This document shows, one piece after another, positions 1 through 8,687 of a stretch of 33,575 nt of DNA. Within the stretch, counting starts at the first letter, position 1. Every line of letters begins with the position of its first letter. The notes under the pieces are model-generated. The model was not told the DNA's origin and did no database searches. It saw only the letters and a list, made by a program, of their open reading frames with translations. The position numbers and the translations under genes are program-made. Where the stretch lies: contig CAILKS010000071.1 in NCBI GenBank assembly GCA_903834855.1, positions 1-33,575 on the forward strand. The letters run 5' to 3'. Source of the stretch: an uncultured bacterium. Lineage in GTDB: Bacteria > Patescibacteriota > Minisyncoccia > Phycocordibacterales > UBA5272.

Positions 1-311
1 TCATTATCATTATGCGGAAAAGATAAAATTGTCGGGTATATTTTTATATTCTTCTTTTTTGCAGCAGAAATAAGCCCGACCCAAGGTTCCTCTTTTATTT
101 TTAAGACATCCTTAATTGTGCCGTCTGTTTGTAATTCAAAAGCAAAAGGACTTATTTGAGTAACTTTTTCTAAGTTTGCCATTGTGCTACTTGCTCCAGC
201 TGTCTTTTGCCAATAAGGAATCCAAACAGCCTTATCAAAAGGAAGGGTCGCAGAAAAAACACTCGCATAAGTGGAAGACAAGAAAAAAACCATTATTAAT
301 ATCTTCTTCAT
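1..311 (-). CDS. secreted protein, N-terminal part only (gene runs off the left edge); weak resemblance to the start of glycoside hydrolase 18-type domains
   Basis: Own translation from ATG at 311-309 gives MKKILIMVFFLSSTYASVFSATLPFDKAVWIPYWQKTAGASSTMANLEKVTQISPFAFELQTDGTIKDVLKIKEEPWVGLISAAKKKNIKIYPTILSFPHNDN with no stop before position 1. The N-terminus looks like a signal peptide. It is absent from the ORF track because no stop lies in the window. Confidence 0.55.
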   Translation of the reverse strand, partial: MKKILIMVFFLSSTYASVFSATLPFDKAVWIPYWQKTAGASSTMANLEKVTQISPFAFELQTDGTIKDVLKIKEEPWVGLISAAKKKNIKIYPTILSFPHNDN

Positions 312-318
312 ATATATA

Positions 319-327
319 ATTATACCA
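319..327 (-). promoter_or_regulatory. extended -10 box TGgTATAAT, 7 nt upstream of the ATG at 311
   Basis: The minus strand reads aaTGgTATAATtatatatATG. Confidence 0.4.
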
Positions 328-358
328 TTCTAGACCTCAATTTCTTTCAAAAGATAAG

Positions 359-784
359 CTATTTATTAGCAGGTAGCTCACCTGTAAAGAATATTGCATT
401 TGGATCACTTGAATTTGTGTAGATTAATGACAAAATTATAACTACCAAAAAGAATATCAAGAAAGCAAAGTAAAAGTACTTTTTATTCTTTTTAAAAAGA
501 AAAATAAAAAGTGAGGAAATAAATGTTATAACAAAAGTATATATTGTTACTAATAAATCTATTGGGGCTGGACGATTTGTCATAAATTCAAAAAAGTTTT
601 TACATTGATGTAAAGCATCCTTTTTTGCTTCTTGAAAAGTACCACAGAGCGGAGAATTTTTTGTTATTCTCTCATCATAACTATTAATATGTGTAATTTG
701 TTTATACTCTAAAAATGAAACAAATAAACAAATTAAGAATAATATAAATGGAATGAGAAATATCTTCTTTAAGATGTCTTTCAT
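359..784 (-). CDS. hypothetical integral membrane protein
   Basis: 141-aa ORF with an ATG start and several hydrophobic segments (IFLIPFILFLICLFVSF, IYTFVITFISSLFIFLF, FAFLIFFLVVIILSLIY). It starts 3 nt after the aspS stop. Confidence 0.6.
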   Translation of the reverse strand: MKDILKKIFLIPFILFLICLFVSFLEYKQITHINSYDERITKNSPLCGTFQEAKKDALHQCKNFFEFMTNRPAPIDLLVTIYTFVITFISSLFIFLFKKNKKYFYFAFLIFFLVVIILSLIYTNSSDPNAIFFTGELPANK

Positions 785-786
785 AA

Positions 787-2196
787 TTATTTTCCTACAC
801 TAATTTTTAATTCCTTTAATGTTTTCTCAGAAGCTGGAGACGGTGCTTGCATTAACAAATCTTTTCCTTCACCGGTCTTTGGAAATGCAATTACTTCACG
901 AATATTTGGTTCATTAAGTAAAAGCATAAGTAATCTGTCTAATCCCCACGCAATACCACCGTGTGGTGGAGTTCCTGATGCTAGAGCGCGCAGCATGTGG
1001 CCAAAATTTGTTTCAATACGAGCATCGTCATAACCCATAATTTCAAATGATATTTTTAGTTCATTTGCTTTATGAAGTCTAATACCTCCTCCCCCAATTT
1101 CATTACCATTCATAGCAATGTCATATTGAGTTGAAAGAATATCGCCAATATTTTTCTTTGCCAAGAAATCTTCTCTATAAGCATCTTGTATCCCTGTGAA
1201 AGGATTATGAGTAAATGTCCACTCACCCGTTCCGTCCACATTATCAGTTCCAGTTTTTTCAAATGCTGGAAAATCTATTACCCAACAAAAAGCCAAAAGA
1301 TTTGGATCATTTTTATCTTCTCTTATATCTGGTTTATCATTTCCATATTTTTCCATAGCCTCTTTGTAAGTGAAAACTGGGAATGGAATTTGTTGAATTT
1401 TTTTCTCTGGGAATAAATCAGTTACAAGTTTAATTAATACATCTTCATTTATTTTCATGACGTCACCTCTCTCAACAAAACTCATTTCCATGTCAAACTG
1501 TGTAAATTCTGGTTGGCGATCACCACGGGTATCTTCATCACGCATACATTTTGCTATTTGGAAGTATCTTTCAAATCCACCAGCCATGAGCAACTGTTTG
1601 TATTGTTGTGGCGATTGTGGAAGTGCATAAAAACTTCCAGGATAAATACGAGATGGTACAAGATAACTACGTGATCCTTCTGGGGTTGGATTTGTAAGTA
1701 ACGGAGTATCAACTTCTATAAAACCTTGTTCATTAAAATAATTACGAACATAGTTTATAACTTGGTGACGCATTCTAATATTTCTTTGTATTCTTGGGCG
1801 ACGCTGATCAAGATATTTTTTCTCAAGTCTTACTTCTTCACCAATTTCACGCCCGTCACTTGAAATATCAAAAGCTGGAGTTTCAGCCTCATTTAAGATT
1901 TCAATTGATAAAACTTCAAGCTCTACGTCACCATTTATAACATCTGCTTTTATGTTCTTTTCCGGGCGTTTATTAACTTTCGCCGTAACGGCCAAAACCC
2001 ACTCAGGACGCACTTTTTCTGCAATTCCGAGTGCTTCTACATGATTTGGCAATACTACCGCCTGAACCTTTCCTGTGACATCACGTAGGTCTAAAAAGAC
2101 CATTTTCCCCTGGTCACGACGCACATCTACCCAACCTTTAACAGTAACCTCTTCTCCCACGTGCACAGAAATGTCTTTGATATATGTTCTTGACAT
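787..2196 (-). CDS. aspS: aspartate--tRNA ligase, bacterial-type core without the GAD insertion domain
   Basis: Class II motifs FYALPQSPQQYKQLLM, FERYFQIAKCMRDEDTRGDRQPEFTQFDMEMSF and NGNEIGGGGIRLH are present. The ORF-track start at 2295 is GTG. The first ATG (2196, MSRTYIKDISVHVGEEVTVKGWV) fits the OB-fold start and directly follows a leader terminator. Confidence 0.93.
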   Translation of the reverse strand: MSRTYIKDISVHVGEEVTVKGWVDVRRDQGKMVFLDLRDVTGKVQAVVLPNHVEALGIAEKVRPEWVLAVTAKVNKRPEKNIKADVINGDVELEVLSIEILNEAETPAFDISSDGREIGEEVRLEKKYLDQRRPRIQRNIRMRHQVINYVRNYFNEQGFIEVDTPLLTNPTPEGSRSYLVPSRIYPGSFYALPQSPQQYKQLLMAGGFERYFQIAKCMRDEDTRGDRQPEFTQFDMEMSFVERGDVMKINEDVLIKLVTDLFPEKKIQQIPFPVFTYKEAMEKYGNDKPDIREDKNDPNLLAFCWVIDFPAFEKTGTDNVDGTGEWTFTHNPFTGIQDAYREDFLAKKNIGDILSTQYDIAMNGNEIGGGGIRLHKANELKISFEIMGYDDARIETNFGHMLRALASGTPPHGGIAWGLDRLLMLLLNEPNIREVIAFPKTGEGKDLLMQAPSPASEKTLKELKISVGK

Positions 2197-2346
2197 AAAA
2201 ATAGCCGTAAACAAATAGACATACGAAATTCTATTTGTGTACGGACGATTACGGGAACCGTGGTGCCACCATACATTGCTACTTATTGTAGCCACTCGAT
2301 TATTAAAATATAAAGCTCCGAAGTTGTTAATTTCATCAATGCCTTA
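2197..2346 (-). promoter_or_regulatory. T-box-like leader (Stem III-like hairpin, T-box core, antiterminator/terminator alternative) upstream of aspS
   Basis: The minus strand contains GGUGGCACCACG (2262-2270 core), matching the T-box core GGUGGNACCGCG. GUAUGG can pair with CCGUAC, leaving a 7-nt bulge UGGCACC. The same CCGUAC begins a 13-bp terminator stem (2231-2244 with 2205-2218), followed by CUAUUUUU and then the AUG. No canonical specifier loop was located. Confidence 0.5.
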
Positions 2347-2352
2347 ATATTT

Positions 2353-2382
2353 ATACTAGCACAAAGAAGCTGGGGAAGACAA
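2353..2382 (-). promoter_or_regulatory. promoter TTGTCT-N18-TAGTAT with TGc extended -10, driving the aspS leader
   Basis: The minus strand reads cTTGTCTtccccagcttctttgTGcTAGTATaaat. It has the same geometry as the two sRNA promoters at 19.4-19.6 kb. Confidence 0.5.
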
Positions 2383-2499
2383 GAATGCTGGGATAATTTT
2401 CAATTATCAATTTCCAATTTTCAAAAAGATACGAAGGGGGAAATCCCAGCTAATTTTTAATTTCTAGTTTTTAATTTTTAATGGAAATACAGACACTGG

Positions 2500-2519
2500 A
2501 TTCCCGCCTGCGCGGGAAT
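2500..2519. repeat. GC-rich perfect palindrome ATTCCCGC-CTGC-GCGGGAAT
   Basis: 8-bp arms in otherwise AT-rich DNA, 55 nt downstream of the trpS stop. No U-tract follows on the minus strand. Confidence 0.5.
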
Positions 2520-2573
2520 GACAAAATGCATGTGTTTCGTACTCCTTACTCCATTCTCCTTACTTCTTATATC

Positions 2574-3566
2574 TTATTCCAATCCAACTTGAGAGCGAAC
2601 TTTTTGCATTGTTAATTCGGCGCGAGATTTTGCTTTTTCACCACCTTCTTTTAAGATTGATAAAATCTTTTCTGGGTTAGCCATTAAATCATCGTAAATT
2701 TCTTTTTTGCCTTCTCTCCATTTTAGAATGGTTGCAAATAATTCTTCTTTTGCTTCTTTATATCCATAGCCACCATTTTCAAACTTGGTTCGTAATTCTT
2801 TATCTTCATCTGCTGTTAAGAAAAGTTTATGAATATTGTAAATATTATTTTCGTCCGGATTCTTTTTTTCTTCTGGTGCTTTACTATCTGTAACAATACT
2901 CATAACACGTTTTTTTAAATCTTCTTCCGTTGAAAAAAGTTCTATATGATTATTATTACTCTTACTCATTTTCTGTCCATCTACCCCAGGAACAATTCCA
3001 GTACTTTCAAGTATAAGGTCTTTCGGCTCTTTAAATTGTTCAACTTTATATGTTCTATTATAAAATCCTGCAATATCCCGAGCATATTCAATATGTTGTT
3101 TTTGATCTTTTCCAACTGGAACAATATCAGCACCATAAATTAGAATATCTGCCGCCATCAGAACCGGGTAATCAAATACACCAACATTTACTTCTTTATC
3201 TTTAGCCTCACTATCTTTGAATGCATGAGCACGCATCATATATGGCATAGTGACCAGATTATTAAAAATCCAAGTAAGTTCTGTAACTTCTGAGACATCT
3301 GACTGTTTAAATAAAATAGCTTTATTACTTATATTTAAACCACAAGCAATGTATGAAGCTGCTGCCTCTAATGTTTGTTGGCGTAATTCATCTCCATTTT
3401 TAACACTGGTAAGTGCGTGATAATCTGCAAGAAAAATATAATTTTCATAATCATCATTTTCTGTATTATTCGCTGCCATAATATTTTGCCTCATCGCACC
3501 GAAATAATTACCAAAATGAAGCTTCCCTGTTGGCTTAATTCCCGAAACTAAAATTTTCTTTGACAT
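2574..3566 (-). CDS. trpS: tryptophan--tRNA ligase
   Basis: Class I signatures are present: a HIGH-region equivalent (KPTGKLHFGNYFG) and KMSKS (GQKMSKS). The ATG at 3566 (MSKKILVSGIKPTG) is preferred over the TTG at 3611 used by the ORF track. Confidence 0.93.
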   Translation of the reverse strand: MSKKILVSGIKPTGKLHFGNYFGAMRQNIMAANNTENDDYENYIFLADYHALTSVKNGDELRQQTLEAAASYIACGLNISNKAILFKQSDVSEVTELTWIFNNLVTMPYMMRAHAFKDSEAKDKEVNVGVFDYPVLMAADILIYGADIVPVGKDQKQHIEYARDIAGFYNRTYKVEQFKEPKDLILESTGIVPGVDGQKMSKSNNNHIELFSTEEDLKKRVMSIVTDSKAPEEKKNPDENNIYNIHKLFLTADEDKELRTKFENGGYGYKEAKEELFATILKWREGKKEIYDDLMANPEKILSILKEGGEKAKSRAELTMQKVRSQVGLE

Positions 3567-3573
3567 ACTCCAT

Positions 3574-3582
3574 AGTATAGCA
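3574..3582 (-). promoter_or_regulatory. extended -10 TGcTATACT, 7 nt upstream of the trpS ATG
   Basis: The minus strand reads ctTTGcTATACTatggagtATG. Confidence 0.5.
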
Positions 3583-3603
3583 AAGAAATAATTTTTTTCA
3601 TTC

Positions 3604-3634
3604 GAAAACAAAAACCTGCCAGAAAGGCAGGTCT
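3604..3634 (-). terminator. intrinsic terminator after the 3669..4193 gene
   Basis: The minus strand has the hairpin ACCUGCC-UUUCU-GGCAGGU followed by UUUUUGUUUU. Confidence 0.7.
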
Positions 3635-3668
3635 TTTTAAGGGTTCACATCTAAAATAGTAAGGATAC

Positions 3669-4193
3669 CTAAACCTTAGTGTGTTGTGGTGGGGTCAGAC
3701 AATCAATAAGAATTAACGTCCGCAATGATTGTTCTAACGCATTTTCTCGGATTGATTCAAGTTCTTTCTTGAAATATTTTGTCCACCCATTCAAATCCTT
3801 TTTCTTTTTTCGGTACTCATCTTGATACTCTTTGGCTACATGTGTCTCAACATTTACATCGAGATCAATCTGAGTAATAGAGCCAATATTACCCTGAGGA
3901 TGATAGTCACTGGATAATCCCCAAATATTAATGGGTTTACCAAAACCAGTACGTGGCTTGGAAGATATAACGATACGAAGACCTTCGCCTCCGAATCTAG
4001 CATGAACTTTTTCAATGAGTGCATGCACCGTCAATAGAGGTAAATCAATTGACATAAGAGCCAGAAGGCAAGCTTTAAGCTCTAACCCCTCTTCTTTTTC
4101 AAGAAGACTCTTGGTTAAAAAAGCTCCTGAAAGTTTCGGTTTCGATCCATTTCCAGGCATTTCTTGAATATTAGTATACAGGCGAATTTCCAT
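3669..4193 (-). CDS. hypothetical protein (orphan, no recognisable family)
   Basis: 174-aa ORF with an ATG start and a TAG stop, followed by a terminator. It visibly contains more G+C than its neighbours. Confidence 0.6.
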   Translation of the reverse strand: MEIRLYTNIQEMPGNGSKPKLSGAFLTKSLLEKEEGLELKACLLALMSIDLPLLTVHALIEKVHARFGGEGLRIVISSKPRTGFGKPINIWGLSSDYHPQGNIGSITQIDLDVNVETHVAKEYQDEYRKKKKDLNGWTKYFKKELESIRENALEQSLRTLILIDCLTPPQHTKV

Positions 4194-4315
4194 GGTATTT
4201 TCCCTAAAAGTTGATTAAAACAAGAACTACATTCGTTAAAACTAACATAAAATTAATAAAAATACTACAAGAAATAAGCAGCCACAAAATGGCCATTTTT
4301 TCTTTTTCTGGTATT

Positions 4316-4342
4316 TGTATAATCTAAAATCTAATGTCTAAA
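4316..4342 (+). repeat. inverted copy of the alaS promoter/leader module (TGTATAAT + TCTAAAA/TCTAATG words) pointing into the 3' end of dnaJ
   Basis: The plus strand reads tgtataatctaaaatctaatgtctaaa. This is identical over 27 nt to the minus strand at 16791..16817. Confidence 0.6.
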
Positions 4343-4356
4343 GTCTACTGTCTGTC

Positions 4357-5448
4357 TTAAAGTCCCTCGTTTTGAAGCCCTTCAATAAACTCCATCGCCT
4401 TCCTCGATAATTTCTTTGGCATATTTATATGAAGCTTCACAAGAACATCACCTCTACGACTTTTTTCATGAAGATGTGGCACACCACGCGCTCTCACACG
4501 TAAAACTTCTCCAGTTGCGGCGCCTGCTGGAATATCAATTTCAATTTTGCCATCTAATCCATCAATTATATGCTTCACACCAAGTAATGCATCTGTTAAT
4601 TTAATTTCGTGGACAATAGACAAATCATTTCCTTCTCTTTTCCATACTTTGTGTGGAGTAACATTTATTTTTACATAAAGATCCCCAGTTGTACCACCGG
4701 CTACTGCCTCGCCCATTTGTGTCATACGTATCATTTCACCATTTGAGATTCCAGCTGGAATAGCAATATTTACTTCTTCACGACTATTTACAACACCATG
4801 ACCCTTACAATCGTGACATTTTTCTTCAGGAACCTTTCCTGTACCACGACAGATATCACAGGTACGAACTGACTGGAAATTTCCCATGAAAGTTTTCTTT
4901 ACTTCATGAAGTTTTCCTTGGCCATTACAAGTAGTACAAGATTTTAATTTTGTACCAACTTTAGCACCGGATCCAGAACAAGTTTTACAAGTACTTACTT
5001 TTGAAAGTAAAACATTTCTTTCTGTTCCAAAAATAGCTTCTGTAAAAGGTACATCAATTTCAAGAGAAATATCTCGGCCTCTTTTTTGGCGAGATCCACC
5101 ATGTGTTCCACCACTAAACATATCTCCAAAAATATCTCCGAGATCGCCAAAATCAAATTGCATATCCCCGAAATCTGATTGATTGAATCCGCCGAAACCT
5201 CCAAATCCTCCTGCTCCACCCATGGGACCTTGACCATTAAAGGTTTGACCATAAGTATCGTATTCTTTACGTTTCTTTTCATCAGACAATGTCTGATACG
5301 CTTCATTTACTTCTTTGAACTTTGCTTCATCTCCTCCTTTTTTGTCAGGATGATATTTTGCGGCAAGTTTATAGAACGCCTTTTTTATATCGTCTTTTGA
5401 AGCACTTTTATCAATTCCAAGGACATTGTAATAATCTTTTGTGGCCAT
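4357..5448 (-). CDS. dnaJ: molecular chaperone DnaJ
   Basis: J-domain with HPD (KYHPDKK), a G/F-rich linker, and four CxxCxGxG zinc-finger repeats. Confidence 0.95.
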   Translation of the reverse strand: MATKDYYNVLGIDKSASKDDIKKAFYKLAAKYHPDKKGGDEAKFKEVNEAYQTLSDEKKRKEYDTYGQTFNGQGPMGGAGGFGGFGGFNQSDFGDMQFDFGDLGDIFGDMFSGGTHGGSRQKRGRDISLEIDVPFTEAIFGTERNVLLSKVSTCKTCSGSGAKVGTKLKSCTTCNGQGKLHEVKKTFMGNFQSVRTCDICRGTGKVPEEKCHDCKGHGVVNSREEVNIAIPAGISNGEMIRMTQMGEAVAGGTTGDLYVKINVTPHKVWKREGNDLSIVHEIKLTDALLGVKHIIDGLDGKIEIDIPAGAATGEVLRVRARGVPHLHEKSRRGDVLVKLHINMPKKLSRKAMEFIEGLQNEGL

Positions 5449-5475
5449 AATTTATAAAAGCTATTCTAGCATAAA

Positions 5476-7374
5476 TTATGCATTTCCAGGTGTCTCAGTA
5501 TTTGGTTCAGTTTTATCAGTCTCTGGTTTAACCTCTTCTGCTGTTGGCTCGGAAGTTGGTGCAGTTGTATCTGTAGCTGACTTCATCGCTTCACCAATTT
5601 TCATCATTTTATCAGACAATGATTCTGTTGCTTTTTTAATCACATCCATATCTTCACCAGCTCTTACTTTCTTAGTTTCTTCAACGGCATCTGTCACTTC
5701 TTTTTTAATATCCTCAGAGATTTTATCTCCAGCATCTTTAACAGCTTTCTCAGCAGTATGTACCATTGCATCAGCTAAGTTTTTAGCTTCAACTAATTCC
5801 ATCTTTTTCTTATCTTCATCAGCATGGGCTTCGGCATCCTGTTGCATTCTCTTAATATCATCATCAGATAGGCCAGATGAAGCTTCAATACGAATAGTTT
5901 GTACTTTACCTGAAGTTTTGTCTTTTGCAGTTACGTTTAGAACACCATTAGCATCAACATCAAAAGTAACTTCAACTTGTGGCATACCACGAGGAGCTGG
6001 CGGAATACCATCTAGAATAAATCTACCGAGTGATTTGTTATCAGCCGCAAGTGAACGCTCCCCTTGAGTAATGTGAATATCAACAGATGTTTGATTATCA
6101 GCTGCGGTTGAGAAAACTTGTGACTTTGAAGTTGGAATAGTCATATTCTTTTCTACAAGTTTTGTAGCAACTCCTCCCATTGTTTCTATACCAAGAGAAA
6201 GTGGAATCACATCAAGCAATAGCACATCTTTTACATCTCCCTGAAGAACTCCAGCCTGTACAGCCGCACCAAGTGCCACAACTTCATCTGGGTTTATTGA
6301 GCGATTCGGTTCTTTTCCAAATAATGCTTTTACTGCTTCAACTATTGCTGGCATACGAGTCTGACCTCCAACCATAATAATTTCATTTATTTCTTCTTTT
6401 TTAAATGGAGAAGCATCAAGTGCTCGTTTTGTAATTTCAATTGATCTATCAATAAATTCTTTTGAAATTTCTTCAAGCTTTGCACGGCTAACTTTCATAA
6501 GTAAATGCTTTGGGCCATCTACACCGGAGGTGATAAATGGAATATTTATTTCTGTTTCCATTTGAGTAGAAAGCTCGTGCTTTGCTTTTTCTGCCGCCTC
6601 ATCTAGTCGCTGAAGAGCAAGGGCATCTTTTGAAACATCAATTCCTTGGTCTTTTTTAAATTCTGCAGCAATATATTCTACGAATTTCTGATCAATATCA
6701 CGTCCTCCTAAATGTGAGTCACCGTCGACTGACTTTACTTCGACAACACCATCTCCTACTTCTAGAATTGAAATATCAAATGTTCCCCCTCCAAAGTCAT
6801 ACACTGCAATCTTTTCATTTTTCTGTGAATTAAATCCATAGGCAAGAGCAGCAGCTGTTGGTTCTGGAATAATACGTTTTACATCTAGTCCAGCAATTTT
6901 ACCTGCAGCGATAGTTGCCTGACGTTGAGTATCATTAAAATATGCGGGTACTGTGATGACTGCTTCTGTAATTACTTCGCCTGTTTTTGCTTCAACATCT
7001 GCTTTTATTTTTTGTAAAATCATTGCAGAAATTTCTTCTGGACGAACATCTTTTCCACCAAGAGAAATTAAAACACCATCATTGTCACCTGCCTTTATCT
7101 TGTATGGAACACGAGGAAGGTCTCCTTGTACCTCTTTATCAGAGAAAGAGTGTCCCATGAAGCGTTTTACGCCATATACGGTGTTTTCTGGGTTAGTCAC
7201 AGCCTGACGTTTAGCAATTTGTCCTACTGCACGCTCACCATTTTTATTCACAGAAACAACAGAGGGAGTCGTACGATTTCCTTCTAAGTTTTCAATTATT
7301 TTTGGCTGTCCAGCTTCAATGATTGCGACAGCGCAGTTTGTTGTTCCAAGATCGATTCCAATTATTTTTGACAT
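5476..7374 (-). CDS. dnaK: molecular chaperone DnaK (Hsp70)
   Basis: Hsp70 signatures [26 protein letters not shown] and [11 protein letters not shown] are present. The length is 632 aa. Confidence 0.97.
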   Translation of the reverse strand: MSKIIGIDLGTTNCAVAIIEAGQPKIIENLEGNRTTPSVVSVNKNGERAVGQIAKRQAVTNPENTVYGVKRFMGHSFSDKEVQGDLPRVPYKIKAGDNDGVLISLGGKDVRPEEISAMILQKIKADVEAKTGEVITEAVITVPAYFNDTQRQATIAAGKIAGLDVKRIIPEPTAAALAYGFNSQKNEKIAVYDFGGGTFDISILEVGDGVVEVKSVDGDSHLGGRDIDQKFVEYIAAEFKKDQGIDVSKDALALQRLDEAAEKAKHELSTQMETEINIPFITSGVDGPKHLLMKVSRAKLEEISKEFIDRSIEITKRALDASPFKKEEINEIIMVGGQTRMPAIVEAVKALFGKEPNRSINPDEVVALGAAVQAGVLQGDVKDVLLLDVIPLSLGIETMGGVATKLVEKNMTIPTSKSQVFSTAADNQTSVDIHITQGERSLAADNKSLGRFILDGIPPAPRGMPQVEVTFDVDANGVLNVTAKDKTSGKVQTIRIEASSGLSDDDIKRMQQDAEAHADEDKKKMELVEAKNLADAMVHTAEKAVKDAGDKISEDIKKEVTDAVEETKKVRAGEDMDVIKKATESLSDKMMKIGEAMKSATDTTAPTSEPTAEEVKPETDKTEPNTETPGNA

Positions 7375-7443
7375 AAGTTTTAAATAGTTAGTGGTTAATA
7401 GTTACTAGTTTGTAGTTAAATTCAAATTCTTTAATTCTCATTC

Positions 7444-8049
7444 TTAACTTTTTTCAAAGTGTCCAGTCTTAACTCTTGCGGGGCGCAAAACAATTTCATT
7501 CATACGGTATCCGGACTGGAGAACAAATATAATTTTATCATTTTCAGATTCATTTTCAACATTTACCATTTCCATACTTTCGTGAAGATTTGGGTCAAAT
7601 GTGTCTCCGACTTTTCCGAACTGTACTACTCCTTCATTTTCTAATACTGTGCGAAGTTGTCCGAAAATATATTCGATACCGACTCGCCAGTTTTGATCTA
7701 CTTTCTCCCAAGCCTCTACATTTCCCTTTGCCATATCATATGAATCTAAAACTGGAAGTAATTCTTCAATAAATCTTTTTGTTGCAAACTTTCTATCTGA
7801 TAAACGATTTGCTTCAACCTCTTTTTTAAAGTTAGCGTAGTCAGCTCTAGTTCTCTGAGAAAGGTCTAAATATTCCTGCTTCTCCCCTTCTAATTTTTTA
7901 ATTTTCTCCCGAAGTTTTTTAATTGTAGTGCGAGCATCTACCTCTCCTTCTTCATTTACATCTTCAAAAGACACGTCGTCTGTGCCTGTATCATCTAAGA
8001 TAGTATCTACTACCACATCTTCAGTTGTGTTTTCTTTTTCATTATTCAT
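7444..8049 (-). CDS. grpE: nucleotide exchange factor GrpE
   Basis: 201 aa with an acidic N-terminus, a coiled coil, and a C-terminal beta domain (FDPNLHESM...GYRMNEIVLRPARV). It lies directly upstream of dnaK. Confidence 0.9.
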   Translation of the reverse strand: MNNEKENTTEDVVVDTILDDTGTDDVSFEDVNEEGEVDARTTIKKLREKIKKLEGEKQEYLDLSQRTRADYANFKKEVEANRLSDRKFATKRFIEELLPVLDSYDMAKGNVEAWEKVDQNWRVGIEYIFGQLRTVLENEGVVQFGKVGDTFDPNLHESMEMVNVENESENDKIIFVLQSGYRMNEIVLRPARVKTGHFEKS

Positions 8050-8133
8050 ATGTTTTCTATATACACAAAGTCTTTATTAAACAAATTCTTTAAGCAATCT
8101 TTCTTTCGAGTCTGTCGTATCTTTCGTTCACTC

Positions 8134-8142
8134 ATTATAGCA
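8134..8142 (-). promoter_or_regulatory. extended -10 TGcTATAAT upstream of grpE
   Basis: The minus strand reads aaagaTGcTATAATgagtg. A second candidate, TTGACT-N17-TATAAA, lies at 8161..8189. Confidence 0.5.
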
Positions 8143-8189
8143 TCTTTTTCGCACTTTACCTTTATAAATTATTTTTGAAAATAAGTCAA

Positions 8190-8226
8190 ATAAAAATAAA
8201 AAACAACCCCTTTCAGGGTTGTTTTT
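8190..8226 (-). terminator. intrinsic terminator after rpsI (bidirectional shape)
   Basis: A 9-bp stem (8201-8209 with 8216-8224) is followed on the minus strand by a U-rich run. Confidence 0.7.
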
Positions 8227-8233
8227 TGAAATA

Positions 8234-8641
8234 TTAACGCTTTGACCAAGTTGGTGCCTTACGAGCTTTCTTCAAACCGAATTTCTTTCTTTCAACTTGA
8301 CGTGAGTCACGCTTTAGGAATCCAAGTTTCTTTAAAGTATTTTTAACTTGCTCATCTCTTTCTACTAGTGTACGTGAAAGTCCATGGCGAACAGCCTCAG
8401 CTTGGGCGTGAATGCCTCCACCTTGTACATGAACTGTAACTGTGAACTTTTCCTTCACTTCCCCTTTTGAAATAGCTTCCTCAGCAATTGTTTGAAGTTC
8501 TTCTGTTACGAAATATTCATTAATAGCTTTATCATTTATAAGAAAAGAAGTCTTTGTAGCAGGAGTAATACGAACGCGAGCTGTTGCAGTCTTACGGCGT
8601 CCTACGGCTTCTATATAACGATTTTTTGTTTCTGTTGACAT
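8234..8641 (-). CDS. rpsI: 30S ribosomal protein S9
   Basis: GGGIHAQAEAVRHGLSR motif and the typical C-terminus ...KARKAPTWSKR. Confidence 0.95.
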   Translation of the reverse strand: MSTETKNRYIEAVGRRKTATARVRITPATKTSFLINDKAINEYFVTEELQTIAEEAISKGEVKEKFTVTVHVQGGGIHAQAEAVRHGLSRTLVERDEQVKNTLKKLGFLKRDSRQVERKKFGLKKARKAPTWSKR

Positions 8642-8687
8642 ATTTTAAATTAGTTTTAAGTTTCCAGTTTCTGGTTTCAAGTAAATA

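Noticed and set aside
2197-2295. N-terminal extensions given by the ORF track for aspS (GTG 2295), trpS (TTG 3611), rpoA (TTG 10412), the 97-aa gene (GTG 17250), pilC (TTG 30592), the four-helix-bundle gene (TTG 31116) and the 12882 gene (ATG 14402).
   Set aside because: The extensions are encoded by leader, terminator or repeat DNA, or by the preceding gene, and add non-homologous residues. A downstream ATG matches the family N-terminus in every case.
5441-6067. 208-aa plus-strand ORF, plus other plus-strand ORFs at 1186-1416, 2946-3143, 4416-4604, 5179-5400, 6180-6377, 6953-7207, 7459-7772, 11332-11625, 12017-12280, 15707-16041, 16221-16433, 18347-18715, 19001-19207, 23442-23699, 26050-26283, 27165-27413, 30719-31213 and 31188-31391.
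   Set aside because: All lie antisense inside well-supported minus-strand genes (dnaK, aspS, trpS, dnaJ, grpE, rpsK, rpsM, alaS, pilB and others). Their products are low-complexity or hydrophobic nonsense with no start context. They are shadow ORFs typical of AT-rich DNA.
8050-8233. A CIRCE operator (TTAGCACTC-N9-GAGTGCTAA) upstream of grpE-dnaK-dnaJ.
   Set aside because: Only a weak half-site-like GAGTGAAC is present with no inverted partner. No hrcA gene is adjacent.
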